Counted from the stretch's first letter, positions 46,313 through 56,123 are shown. The stretch: DNA of 64,000 bases from Pseudomonadota bacterium (GCA_031416315.1 JANOTL010000098.1:1-64000), one strand, 5' to 3'. Numbers and translations: made by a program. The notes: a model not told the origin generated them from the sequence alone.

Positions 46313-48403
46313 ATGAAAATGTTCCTATCGAGAGGTTCTTCCAGGCGGCTTCCCCTGCTCATGCTCGCGGGGCTCGCCCTTTTTGCCTCGGGCTGCTCCG
46401 GCAGCGGCGAGGGCAACAGCACGGCGACGAGCCTCGCCGTGACGACCGCGCCTGCCAACGGTGCGCAGAATGTCGTGCTCAATCGGAAGGTCACCGCGAG
46501 CTTCTCGCAGGCGATGGACCCGACGACCCTTACCAATGTCTCGTTCACCTTGGCCGGCCCTGACCGCGCCAAGATTCCAGGGGCCGTGTCCTACCTCGCC
46601 GGCAGCAAGATCGCGACTTTCGCGCCGAACGGCAACCTCAACGTCGCGACGCGGTACACCGCGACGATCACGACGATGGTGCTGGACGCGACCGGCCGCG
46701 GTTTTCCGGACGACATCGTCTGGACGTTCACGACGGGGACGAGCGTCGACGTGACCGCGCCTCAGATCGTGTCGACGAGTCCGACGGCGGGCGAAGGCGA
46801 GGTGCCGGTCAACCGTCGGATCGCCGCCGTCTTCGACGAGGCGATGGATCCCGCGACGCTCGGCACGGCGACGTTCGCGGTGACCGGGCCAGGCGGCGTC
46901 GCGGTGACGGGGGTCGTGACGTATGCGGCCCTCGGCAATACCGCAACCTTCGCTCCCAGCAGTGATTTGACCGCCGGCGCCGTCTATGCCGCGACGATCT
47001 CGACCGGAGTCAAGGACATCGCGGGCAATGGCCTCGCGGTCGCGCGCGCTTGGACCTTCACGACCGGCGTGGCGAAGGACGAGACGGCGCCTACGCTACG
47101 CGTGACCGCGCCGATTCCCGCCGCGATCGACGTCGCGGTTAACAGCAGCGTCACCGCCTTCTTCAGCGAGACGATGGATCCCGCGACCGTCACTGCCACG
47201 ACCTTCACCGTCGCCTCCGCAGCCGGCCTAGCGCTCGAGGGAACGGTCACTTGTCTCGGCGCGACGGCGACGTTCGATCCCACGAGCGATCTCGCGCCGA
47301 ATACCGCGCTCGTAGCCAAGATCTCGACCGGCGCTAAAGATCTCGCTGGCAACGCCCTCGCCAGCGACTACGTCTGGACGTTCACGACCGCGGCGACGGC
47401 CGACGTCACGGCGCCGACGCTAAGCTCGACGATCCCGCGTGACGCCGCGATCGACGTCTCGAGAAACCGCGACATCGTCGCCACTTTCAGCGAGGCAATG
47501 GACCCGCTGACGATCACGGCCGCGACCTTCAAAGTGACCGGCCCCGATTTCCTTGCGATCTCCGGCGTGGTGATCAACTTCGGCAGTTCGTCGACCTTCC
47601 AACCTTCGGCCGATCTCGCCGCCAATACGCTCTATACGGTCAGCATCGCGAAGGAAGCGAAGGATATCGCCGGTAACGCCCTCGGCGCCGCCGCAATCTG
47701 GAGCTTCAAGACCGGCGCCGATACGGCCGCCGGCCCCGCGCCCGTCGTCCTCGGGACGTCCGGCGACTTCGTGCTCCTCGCAAAGACGGCGATCTCGACC
47801 ACCGGCGTGACGACCATCGTCGGCGACGTCGGCCTCAGCCCCTCCGCCCAGACCTTCCTGACCGGATTCTCGGAGGCGCTCGATGCGTCGACGACGTTCG
47901 CGACCGCCGGCATCGTAACGGGCAAGCTCTACGCCGCCGACATGACGCCGCCGACGCCGGCCAAGATGACCACGGCGATCAGCGACATGGAGACGGCTTA
48001 TACCGACGCGGCCGGCCGCACGCTCCCCGACTTCACGGAGCTCGGCGCGGGCGACATCAGCGGCATGACGCTCGTCCCAGGGCTCTACAAGTGGGGAACC
48101 GGCCTCTTGATGACCTCTGACGTGACGCTCGCCGGAGGCGCGAACGATGTCTGGATTTTCCAGATCGCGGAGAACCTGACCGTTAGCAACGGCGTGATCG
48201 TGGGGCTTTCGGGCGCGCTGCCGAAAAACGTCTTCTGGCAAGTCGCCGGCCAGGTCGTGCTCGGCACGACGGCCGACTTCAAGGGCATCGTTCTCAGCCA
48301 GACGAAGATCGTGCTCCAAACCGGCGCGATCTTCTCCGGCCGAGCGCTGGCGCAAACCGCCGTGACGCTCGACGCCAACGCGGTGACCGAGCCGGCGCGC
48401 TAG
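46313..48403 (+). CDS. Ice-binding family (DUF3494) lipoprotein with four Big_5 Ig-like repeats
   Basis: Lipobox ASGC; four repeats each with an F(S/D)xxMDP motif and ending W.F.T; C-terminal LGT..DF..LAKT, AYTDAAGR, L.PGLYKW, W.FQI, NVFWQVAG, GRALAQTAVTL. Confidence 0.92.
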   Translation: MKMFLSRGSSRRLPLLMLAGLALFASGCSGSGEGNSTATSLAVTTAPANGAQNVVLNRKVTASFSQAMDPTTLTNVSFTLAGPDRAKIPGAVSYLAGSKIATFAPNGNLNVATRYTATITTMVLDATGRGFPDDIVWTFTTGTSVDVTAPQIVSTSPTAGEGEVPVNRRIAAVFDEAMDPATLGTATFAVTGPGGVAVTGVVTYAALGNTATFAPSSDLTAGAVYAATISTGVKDIAGNGLAVARAWTFTTGVAKDETAPTLRVTAPIPAAIDVAVNSSVTAFFSETMDPATVTATTFTVASAAGLALEGTVTCLGATATFDPTSDLAPNTALVAKISTGAKDLAGNALASDYVWTFTTAATADVTAPTLSSTIPRDAAIDVSRNRDIVATFSEAMDPLTITAATFKVTGPDFLAISGVVINFGSSSTFQPSADLAANTLYTVSIAKEAKDIAGNALGAAAIWSFKTGADTAAGPAPVVLGTSGDFVLLAKTAISTTGVTTIVGDVGLSPSAQTFLTGFSEALDASTTFATAGIVTGKLYAADMTPPTPAKMTTAISDMETAYTDAAGRTLPDFTELGAGDISGMTLVPGLYKWGTGLLMTSDVTLAGGANDVWIFQIAENLTVSNGVIVGLSGALPKNVFWQVAGQVVLGTTADFKGIVLSQTKIVLQTGAIFSGRALAQTAVTLDANAVTEPAR

Positions 48404-48408
48404 ATGAC

Positions 48409-48582
48409 TTAGGCCGGGCGCGCTAAGCCCCGATCCGTAAAATGGATCTTGAAGTCGAGGGGGTTGAGGCTGGCCGCGACGACTTGGATCAAGACCTCGT
48501 TCGCGCCGACGGCAGGCTTGGCGACCTCGGCGATCGAGACGACCTCGTTCTTACCGTAGGCGCTCATGATGACGCCCTTCAT
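48409..48582 (-). pseudogene. Truncated NADP-dependent (MDR/quinone) oxidoreductase, N-terminal fragment
   Basis: MKGVIMSAYGKNEVVSIAEVAKPAVGANEVLIQVVAASLNPLDFKI, then unrelated residues and a stop at 57 aa; ATGA-coupled to the SDR. Confidence 0.8.
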
Positions 48583-49385
48583 GACGCCGCCGCCGCCGCG
48601 CCGTTCATGCGGATGGAGAGCTTGAGCGGCAGGCTGCGCGGGAGGAAGCGCAAGGCGAACGCGGTCATCCGGTTGGCGAGGCCGGTGACGAGCAGTGAGC
48701 CGCGATCCTTCTCCAGGGCCGCGATCGATTCGCCGACGACCTCATCCGCCGTCTGCGTGGCGGAAGGGATCTTGCCTTTGAAGCCGGAGACGTCGACGAA
48801 CTCCGTCTCCGTCGCGCCGGGGCAAAGCGTCTGCACCGTCACGCCGTGCGGCGCGAGCTCCGCGCCGATGGCCTCAGAAAAGGCGATCACGAAGGCCTTG
48901 GTCGCCGCGTAGGTGGCGAAGAAAGGCAGGGGCGCGAAACCGCCGAGCGAGGCCGTGTGGATGATGGTGCCGCCGCGACGGGCGCGCATCGTGCCGCCGA
49001 TCGCGTGCGTGAGCTCGGTCAGCGCGCGGCAGTTGAGGTCGATCATGCCCAGCTCGCGCGAGAGCTCGGCGTCGAGGACGGCGCCGTTGGAGCCGTAGCC
49101 GGCGTTGTTGACCAGAAGCTCGATCTCGACGCCGTCACGAGCGAGCCCGCGAGCCAGCGCGCTGGCGGCGCCAGGAACGCCGAGGTCGAGAGCTTCGACG
49201 CGCGAGGTCGTGCCGTGCGCCGTCTGCAACTCGCCGGCGAGCGCCTCGAGTCGGTCGGCGCGACGCGCCACGAGGACCAGAGAATAGCCGCCAGCGGCAA
49301 GGCGCTTGGCGTAGGCGAGGCCGATGCCCGAGCTTGCGCCCGTGACGAGTGCCCAGGGGGCGGAGGTTTTTTTTGCGGTCGACAT
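48579..49385 (-). CDS. SDR family oxidoreductase
   Basis: ALVTGASSGIG, LVNNAG, YAATK, LCPG.T.T.F. Confidence 0.95.
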   Translation of the reverse strand: MSTAKKTSAPWALVTGASSGIGLAYAKRLAAGGYSLVLVARRADRLEALAGELQTAHGTTSRVEALDLGVPGAASALARGLARDGVEIELLVNNAGYGSNGAVLDAELSRELGMIDLNCRALTELTHAIGGTMRARRGGTIIHTASLGGFAPLPFFATYAATKAFVIAFSEAIGAELAPHGVTVQTLCPGATETEFVDVSGFKGKIPSATQTADEVVGESIAALEKDRGSLLVTGLANRMTAFALRFLPRSLPLKLSIRMNGAAAAAS

Positions 49386-49441
49386 TTGGCTCAGACTCCG
49401 GTTTGATAAGTCCGTCATCGTTATAGATTGGAAAATCTGAA

Positions 49442-50020
49442 ATGTCGACAAAAATATCAATTCTTGAGGCCTACCTCGTCGTCGCCCAGCGCGAGGGCGT
49501 CGAGAACATCACCCTGCAAAAGGTGGCGAAAGCGGCGAAAATGGCTTACGGGACCGTGCATTACCACTTCGGCGGCGAGAACGTGGACCTCCTCCCGTCG
49601 GCATTGAGCTACGTCGCGGAGGTGTGCGAGACCTTCGTCGAAGAGGCTTTGGCTCCGGCGATGGTCGAGCCGAAGAAGAACGCCCTCAAAGCTTACGTCG
49701 AGGCCAAGCTGGGCTGGCAGGCGAAGTACCCGACCCACGCCTCGATGCTTTGCTACTTCATCTATCAAGCGTCGCGGGACGCGAAGTATCAGGCCGTCAG
49801 CGCCGAGATGCATGACTGCGGGCTGAGGAAGATCAAAGGGATCCTGCTCGCGGAGTTCGGCAAGGGACACTACCCGGCCGCCAAGGATTTGGAGGACCAA
49901 GCCGAGAGCGTCTTTCTGATCCTGGCCGGGGGGCAGCTCGGCGCCCTGGGACGGCCTCCGGCGAAGGCCCGGGAAGTCCTGGCGCGGACCTGGCGTCTGG
50001 TCGAGGAACGCCTGAAGTAG
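49442..50020 (+). CDS. TetR/AcrR family regulator
   Basis: ITLQKVAKAAKMAYGTVHYHF HTH; divergent from the SDR. Confidence 0.88.
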   Translation: MSTKISILEAYLVVAQREGVENITLQKVAKAAKMAYGTVHYHFGGENVDLLPSALSYVAEVCETFVEEALAPAMVEPKKNALKAYVEAKLGWQAKYPTHASMLCYFIYQASRDAKYQAVSAEMHDCGLRKIKGILLAEFGKGHYPAAKDLEDQAESVFLILAGGQLGALGRPPAKAREVLARTWRLVEERLK

Positions 50021-50105
50021 CTCGCTCTTCTTCCCATCCGCCCTCGCCTCCCCAAACGCGGGAATCGTGAGATCATGGAGCATCCGCTGACCGCAAGGAG
50101 GCTCC

Positions 50106-52865
50106 GTGACGATTGCTGCGCGTGGGACCGGAGAGACCGGCGATTTCGAGCAGAGCCCCGACACCAACCGGCTTCTGCAAACGGTCGAGTCGACGAGCGA
50201 CGAGGCGCTGCGCCACGAGGCGATCGCCGGCTTGGCGCAGACGAAGGATCCCGCGGCCGGACGTGTTTTGATCGAGATCTTCGGCCGCAGCATGTGGCGG
50301 GAGACGAAGCTCGCGGTTCTGCGGGCGCTCGGCATCATGGGACTCCCCCGCACGACGGCGTTCCTGGTGCGGCAAGCGGGCGACCGTAGCGATCTGGCGA
50401 TGGCCGGCGAGGCCATTCTCGCGCTCGGCGCGACGGCGGACCCGCTCGCCGGCGAGTTTTTGCTGAGCATTCTTGGCGAGCGCGATCATCCTTTGCACCG
50501 CGAGGCGATCATCGGCTTGAGCCAACTCGCGACCTTTCCCTGTGACCTCGAGCTCGACGCGATGTTCGATCGGACGGAGGCGGAGGTTTCGCCGGCTCTG
50601 CGTCAGTATCTGATCTTAGCCATCGGCCGCCGCGGCCCGGTGGGCGCCTGGGAGCGCGTGCGGCGCCATTTCGGCTCCGGCGAGAGCACGGTCATCTTCA
50701 ACGCCGCCTTGATCGCCGCGGGCATGGTGGGCGGCAAAGCCGCGCACGAGACGCTGACGGGACTCGACACGCGCTACCGCTTTTTCGCCGACCATCTGAA
50801 GCAGTTGGCGCTCGAGCGCATCGCCCTTCAGGCGCGCCGCGCCGTGGAGGACGGCGTCGCCGCCGCGCTCGATGCGACCGATGCGCCGGGACTTTTGCAA
50901 GCTCTGTCGCTTCTGCGGCAGTTTCCGGTCGACAAGGCCTGGGAGGCGTTTCGCATCTTGGAGGCCGGGGTCTCGCGGGTGACGGAGGTCGCGGTCCGGG
51001 CCACGCTCTTCCTGCCTTCGCGGCTAGAGGCGGATCTCGACTTTCTCGCCGCGCATTGGGACGAGGTTTCGACGTCGGCCACGAGCTGGGTCGCAGCGCT
51101 CGTCCGCCAACATCTTCGCCACGGCGCCGAGCTCCAGCCCGTGGCGACCTTGGCGGCCCGACTCCCCGTCGTCGCCGTCGCCGCCCTGCTGACGAGCGTT
51201 CGCCACGAGGGCGCATTCGCCTGGCTCGCCACGCAGATCGCCGACGCGGATCTGCCGAACGAGACCCGGGTCGTCGCGGTCAACGCGGTCGTCGCGCAGG
51301 CGAAGATGAGCTTGCCGGGCTCCCGTGAGGCGCTGGAAGCGGCAACGCTCCTTCTCGAGCTGCTCAAGAGCTGTGCCTCGCCCGAGCTCAAGGCGCGGAT
51401 CCTGCGCGCGCTCGGAGAGGTGCGGCACGAAAGCGGCTCGTTCTTGATCTCGCTTGCCGCGATGCTGAAGGACGAGGACAGCGACAACGCCTCGATCTAC
51501 GCGACCCTGGCCGAGGTCGCAAGCGCGGATGCGGCGCGCGTCATCCTGAAGCGCTTGAGCAAGGTCATGAGCCGTGCTTCCGCCGTGCCCGAGATCCGGC
51601 GGGCGTTCGCGGCGCTGGCGCGGATCGGCAAACTGCCCGAGGGCGAGCTCGTGCCGCTGGCGCCGGAGCCTTTGTGGCCCGAGTTGACCGCGTCGATCCT
51701 CGCGCTCTTGGCGCTCCAAGGGCAGGACGGCTACCGCCCGCTGATCACCGCGGGACTCGGCGCCGTCGACTTCCAGCTGCGGCTCATGGCGATCGCAGCG
51801 GCCAAGCACACGAGCTCGCCGGAGATCCTCGCCTCGCTCCTCGCGACGCTCGACGACCCGAGCCCGAGCCTCTCCGGTCGCGCCGTGGACAGCCTCTGCG
51901 CGTCGGGCGACCTGCCCGCTTTCCGCCGCCTCCTAGCTTGGACTCGCGAGCCTGGGCGTGACACGCGTTCCGTGCTCAAGGTGCTGCGGTCGCTGCGCCC
52001 GGGCGAGGCCGACTGCGGGCCGCTCATCGCCGACCTCGACGCGATGCTCCAGGAGAACGCGCCTTTCTTGCGGGATCAGGAGGCACGTACGGCCGCGGTC
52101 AATTTGCGCGACAACCTGCAGCTCATGCGCGGTCGTCGCCTCGGGCGCGGCGCGGCCGTCGTCCCGAGCCCCGCAGACACCGGCGAGCACTCGCTCGATG
52201 CCCAGCTGGCGCAGCTCATCGTTGGCTACCCGCGCTTCAGCGAGACGGTCAAGACGGTCCTGCGCAACGCCGAGGTGACCTTCAAGCACGCCGATCTTTT
52301 CGACGACCGCGTCGACAAGTCGACGATGGTCGTCGAGTACGTGAAGTCGATCGACATCCTGCTTCAGGAGCGCATCGGCGCGGCGATCTTCCTCGACCCG
52401 CATTCCCAGCTGTTGCGCCTCATGCAGTCGCGCATCGTCCAGTTGTCCCTCGACGACGAGACCTTGCCGGTGCCGCAGCTGATCAAGGATCTTCAGTGCG
52501 GGATGCATTTTACCGTCGAGAACTTCCCGGCGCACAAGCTCGCGCTCGTCTCCAAGTCCATCACCTCCGGAAGGTTCCAGCGCGACCAATACGCGACGAT
52601 CGACGGCCTGCGCGCCTGGGCCTTGCTCCTCCTGATCTTTGGCCGGCAGTTCCGTTTCCGGCAAAAGCCGATCGAGCCGCTGTTTACGCTCGCCGACGCC
52701 AGCAATCAGCTCGTCTCCGAGCTCGCCGTCGAGATGAACAGCCTCCAGGAGCTGCGGAACCACGCGGCGCATCGGGCTACGCTCCTTCGCAGCGCCAAGC
52801 TCGTCGAGCTCCGCGAGATCAGCTTCAAGGTGTTAAACGGATTGACCCGAGCTCTCGGCAACTGA
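50106..52865 (+). CDS. HEAT-repeat protein with C-terminal HEPN-like domain
   Basis: Repeated R..A..ALG helical units; C-terminal DKS.MVVEYVKSID and LRNHAAH (Rx4H). Confidence 0.75.
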   Translation: MTIAARGTGETGDFEQSPDTNRLLQTVESTSDEALRHEAIAGLAQTKDPAAGRVLIEIFGRSMWRETKLAVLRALGIMGLPRTTAFLVRQAGDRSDLAMAGEAILALGATADPLAGEFLLSILGERDHPLHREAIIGLSQLATFPCDLELDAMFDRTEAEVSPALRQYLILAIGRRGPVGAWERVRRHFGSGESTVIFNAALIAAGMVGGKAAHETLTGLDTRYRFFADHLKQLALERIALQARRAVEDGVAAALDATDAPGLLQALSLLRQFPVDKAWEAFRILEAGVSRVTEVAVRATLFLPSRLEADLDFLAAHWDEVSTSATSWVAALVRQHLRHGAELQPVATLAARLPVVAVAALLTSVRHEGAFAWLATQIADADLPNETRVVAVNAVVAQAKMSLPGSREALEAATLLLELLKSCASPELKARILRALGEVRHESGSFLISLAAMLKDEDSDNASIYATLAEVASADAARVILKRLSKVMSRASAVPEIRRAFAALARIGKLPEGELVPLAPEPLWPELTASILALLALQGQDGYRPLITAGLGAVDFQLRLMAIAAAKHTSSPEILASLLATLDDPSPSLSGRAVDSLCASGDLPAFRRLLAWTREPGRDTRSVLKVLRSLRPGEADCGPLIADLDAMLQENAPFLRDQEARTAAVNLRDNLQLMRGRRLGRGAAVVPSPADTGEHSLDAQLAQLIVGYPRFSETVKTVLRNAEVTFKHADLFDDRVDKSTMVVEYVKSIDILLQERIGAAIFLDPHSQLLRLMQSRIVQLSLDDETLPVPQLIKDLQCGMHFTVENFPAHKLALVSKSITSGRFQRDQYATIDGLRAWALLLLIFGRQFRFRQKPIEPLFTLADASNQLVSELAVEMNSLQELRNHAAHRATLLRSAKLVELREISFKVLNGLTRALGN

Positions 52866-52981
52866 GTCGTGGCGAGCCGGCGATACTATGCTTAAGAACA
52901 AGCAAGATCAGATAGTTGAGAAATTTTTTCTCAGGCTCCTGAGGAAAGCTCCGAGAGGATCTCACCTTAGGAGGTTCCCCC

Positions 52982-54076
52982 ATGCGCATCCGTCTCATGC
53001 ACCTTGCCATCGCTGCTTCTCTCCTCGTCCCGCTCGGCGTTTCCTGCGGCAAGCAGGAGAAGGAAGAGTCGGCGCCGAAGGACAAGGGCTGCGGCTCTTC
53101 GACCGATAAAGAGACCGCTAAAGACAAAGCCAAAGACAAAGCCAAAGCCAAGGAAGAAGCCGAGCTGACGGATCAGGACGAGTCTGAGGACGGCGACGGC
53201 GCCGGCCTCGCATCCGGCTCGACCTCCGGTAGCGGCTCGGCCTCCGGCAGCGGCTCGGCCAGCGGCAGCTCTTCGGGCTCCGGCTCCAAAGCTTCTGGCT
53301 CCGGCAGTCCGGATTGCGGCTCTGGCTCGACGGGCTCGACCGCGGCGACTGGCAAGACGGGATCGACCGGCACGACGGGCGCAACGGCCAAGACTGGCGC
53401 GACGAGCACGACCGGCGCGACCAGCACCACCGGCGCGACCAGCACGACCGGCGCGACCAGCACGACTGGCGCGACGAGCACGACCGGCGCGAGCGCGGCC
53501 GACGAAGGCGAAATCCTCGGCACGATCTCCGATGAAGTAGAGCCTGCATTCCCCGCGAAATCGGTCTACGGCCTCTTCAACGACCAGGCCGGGACGAAGT
53601 CGGTGAGCTTCACGATTTATTCGGAAGAGGCGCGCGACTCGATGTTTAAGAAGGTCAAGGAATACACCTGCGAGAAGTGTGTCGGCACCGACGACGACAA
53701 CTGCAAGGATCCGGAGACGACAGCGACGAAAGCGGTATCCGTTTCGTTCTTCAACATCCCGAGCACCGCCGAGCCCCTGAACGCGGAAGGCTTCCCGAAA
53801 GCGGCCGAGTACAACAAGCCGAGCGCGACGGACTTCGCGAGCGGCATGGCGGTGGCCTTCGTCGACGGCACGGCGGCGAAGCAAGGAACCGGCAAGTTCA
53901 AGTTCATCACCAAGCCGACGAAGGTCGACGACCCGTTCGATGCGGAAGTGGACTTCGTGTTCGAAGGCGGCAAGAAGTACAAGGCCAAGATCAAGGGCAA
54001 AGTCTATAAGCTGCCGACCAACCCGACGCCGCCGACCTGCAAAGACGACGAGTACCTCGACGTCGAATACGAATGA
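52982..54076 (+). CDS. Lipoprotein with Gly/Ser/Thr low-complexity stalk
   Basis: AGGAGG RBS, lipobox GVSC, GSGSAS and TGATST repeats, globular C-terminal domain. Confidence 0.8.
   Translation: MRIRLMHLAIAASLLVPLGVSCGKQEKEESAPKDKGCGSSTDKETAKDKAKDKAKAKEEAELTDQDESEDGDGAGLASGSTSGSGSASGSGSASGSSSGSGSKASGSGSPDCGSGSTGSTAATGKTGSTGTTGATAKTGATSTTGATSTTGATSTTGATSTTGATSTTGASAADEGEILGTISDEVEPAFPAKSVYGLFNDQAGTKSVSFTIYSEEARDSMFKKVKEYTCEKCVGTDDDNCKDPETTATKAVSVSFFNIPSTAEPLNAEGFPKAAEYNKPSATDFASGMAVAFVDGTAAKQGTGKFKFITKPTKVDDPFDAEVDFVFEGGKKYKAKIKGKVYKLPTNPTPPTCKDDEYLDVEYE
53393..53491 (+). repeat. In-frame 18-bp tandem repeat (TGATST x5.5)
   Basis: ACYGGCGCGACSAGCACS units. Confidence 0.85.
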
Positions 54077-54102
54077 CGGCCGCGCCTTCGGGCGCACGCC
54101 GT

Positions 54103-54142
54103 AGAAAAGCCCTCACCATCGCATGATGGTGAGGGCTTTCTT
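54103..54142. terminator. Bidirectional intrinsic terminator
   Basis: AAAGCCCTCACCATC-GCAT-GATGGTGAGGGCTTT between convergent genes. Confidence 0.88.
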
Positions 54143-54160
54143 CGTCCCGGTCCCGAAGGA

Positions 54161-55132
54161 TCAGGTCAAGAGCTGCTTCATCTTCGCGGTCAACAACGGC
54201 ACCACCTTGAACAGGTCGCCGACGATGCCGTAGCTCGCGACCTTGAAGATCGGCGCCTCGGGGTCGGTGTTGATCGCCACGATCACCTTCGAGGTGCGCA
54301 TGCCGGCCATGTGCTGGATCGAGCCGCTGACGCCGGCCGCAATGTAGAGAGTCGGGTTGACCGTCTTGCCGGTCTGACCGACCTGCATGTCGTGGGTGGC
54401 GTAGCCGGAGTCGACCGCGGCGCGCGAGGCGCCGACGGTGGCGCCGATGACGTCGGCGAGCTCGTTCAGGATCTTGAAGTTGTCGGCGCTGGCGAGCGAG
54501 CGGCCGCCGGAGACGATGCGCGTGGCCTCGGTGAGGTCGGCCTTCGTGCTCGCGCCCTTGCGGACCTCGATCGTCTTGATGCGCGAGTCGGCAGGAGCCG
54601 AGGCGGAGAGCTTCGCCACCGCGGCGTTGCCCGCGCCGGTCTGCGTCGCGGGGAAGACGTTCGGGCGGATGGTCGCGAACTTGACGTTGCCGCTGGCGAT
54701 CTCGATCTTCGCGAGCGCTTTGCCCGAGTACATCGGCTTCACGCCCGAGAGCTTTTCGCCGGAGAGCTCGCACGAGGTGAGGTCGGTGGCGATGCCTGCG
54801 TCCATCCGCGCGGCGAGGCGCGGGAAGACGTCGCGGCCCATCGGCGAGGCGACGCCGAGCACGATTTTCGCGCCGTGCGCCTTGATCGCGGCTTCGACCG
54901 CGTTGGCGTAGGCGAGGGGGTTGTACTTCTCGAACGCGGCGTCGTCGACGACGTGGACCGTGTCGGCCCCGTAGCCTTTGACTTGCGCGGCGAGCCCTTC
55001 GACGCCCTTGCCGACCAAAACCGCGGCGCAGTCCGCGGCGGAGCCGGCGAGCTTGGCGCCGAGGCTCAAGGCCTCGAGGGAGGAAGACTTGAGCTTGCCG
55101 TCGCGCTGCTCCAGGAAAACGAGAACTTTCAT
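54161..55132 (-). CDS. etfA: Electron transfer flavoprotein alpha subunit
   Basis: VSGGR, VGASRAAVD, QVGQTGK.V.P.LYIA.GVSGSIQHMAGM, AIN.D..APIF. Confidence 0.97.
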   Translation of the reverse strand: MKVLVFLEQRDGKLKSSSLEALSLGAKLAGSAADCAAVLVGKGVEGLAAQVKGYGADTVHVVDDAAFEKYNPLAYANAVEAAIKAHGAKIVLGVASPMGRDVFPRLAARMDAGIATDLTSCELSGEKLSGVKPMYSGKALAKIEIASGNVKFATIRPNVFPATQTGAGNAAVAKLSASAPADSRIKTIEVRKGASTKADLTEATRIVSGGRSLASADNFKILNELADVIGATVGASRAAVDSGYATHDMQVGQTGKTVNPTLYIAAGVSGSIQHMAGMRTSKVIVAINTDPEAPIFKVASYGIVGDLFKVVPLLTAKMKQLLT

Positions 55133-55133
55133 C

Positions 55134-55925
55134 TCAGATCACCTTTGCTTCTTCGCGGAGGAGCTTCACCACTTTGTCGACCATGACCTCGACGTCCTCA
55201 CCTTTGAACACCTTGCCCGCCGGTTTCTCCGGCGGGTTGGTGAAGCCGGTGACGACTGTGCGCACGCCGGCCTTCAAAGCGGCGGCGTCGACGCCGAGGT
55301 CGCCCGGCTTCTTCAGGTCGAAGGGTTTCTTCTTCGCCTGCATGATGCCGGGGAGGGAGGCATAGCGCGGCTTGTTCAGGGCCTTGTCGGCGCCGATCAC
55401 GCAGGGGAGACCGATTTCGTAGACCTCGACCATACCGCCTTCGACGGAGCGCTCGGCTTTCGCCGTCTTGCCCGTGACCTCGAGCTTGGAGACGACGTTG
55501 ACGTGCGGCCAGCCGAGGAGCTCGGCGACCATCGTGCCGACGTGCATGTTGTCGTCGTCGATCGCGTGGCGACCGCAGAAGACCAGGTCCGGGCTCTCGC
55601 TCGCGACGGCTTTCGCGAGCACTTTCGCGACGGTGAGCGAGTCGGCGGTCTCGAGGCCTTCGTTGCTGACGAGGAGGCCGCGAGTGCCGCCGACGGCGAG
55701 CGCCTTTACGATCAGCTCCTTGGCCGAGTCGGAGCCGAAGCAGGCGACGATGACGTCGCCGGCGCCGGCCTTCTCTTTGATCTTCACCGCCTCTTCGATG
55801 GCGTACTCATCGTAAGGATTGATGATCCATTTGACGTCGCCCGTCTCGATCTTCGAGCCGTCGGCGCTGATCCGGATCTTCGACTCGGTGTCGGGAGTCG
55901 GTTTCACAAGAACGAGGACCTTCAA
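55134..55925 (-). CDS. etfB: Electron transfer flavoprotein beta subunit
   Basis: K..PDTE, INPYDEYAIEEA, G..AIDDD, N.PRYASL.GIM.AKKK; TTG start. Confidence 0.96.
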   Translation of the reverse strand: MKVLVLVKPTPDTESKIRISADGSKIETGDVKWIINPYDEYAIEEAVKIKEKAGAGDVIVACFGSDSAKELIVKALAVGGTRGLLVSNEGLETADSLTVAKVLAKAVASESPDLVFCGRHAIDDDNMHVGTMVAELLGWPHVNVVSKLEVTGKTAKAERSVEGGMVEVYEIGLPCVIGADKALNKPRYASLPGIMQAKKKPFDLKKPGDLGVDAAALKAGVRTVVTGFTNPPEKPAGKVFKGEDVEVMVDKVVKLLREEAKVI

Positions 55926-56010
55926 GAGTCTGACCTCCTGGGAGTGGGAGAAAACTGAGGAAGCCGAAAGCTATCAGCTCCGGGTACGCCCGTCGTCCCG
56001 GAAATTCGCA

Positions 56011-56123
56011 GTGGGCTCGGCGGCGATCGAGCGCCGCTGGCTTCGGCGCGCCCCCTCAAAATAGCCCCACTATTCCTCGCCTTCGCCCCGAAGCCAGCGA
56101 CGCCCGCTCACCGCCGATCCCAT
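56011..56123. repeat. Long imperfect inverted repeat (REP/MITE-like hairpin)
   Basis: About 40-nt arms including perfect CGCTGGCTTCGG/CCGAAGCCAGCG, with inner AATAG-CCCCA-CTATT. Confidence 0.7.

Noticed and set aside
44119..48403. Genomic island integrated at tRNA-Leu
   Set aside because: No integrase and no duplicated tRNA 3' end seen in the window.
53393..53491. Tandem repeat as a CRISPR array
   Set aside because: In-frame coding repeat with no spacers, and no cas genes in the window.
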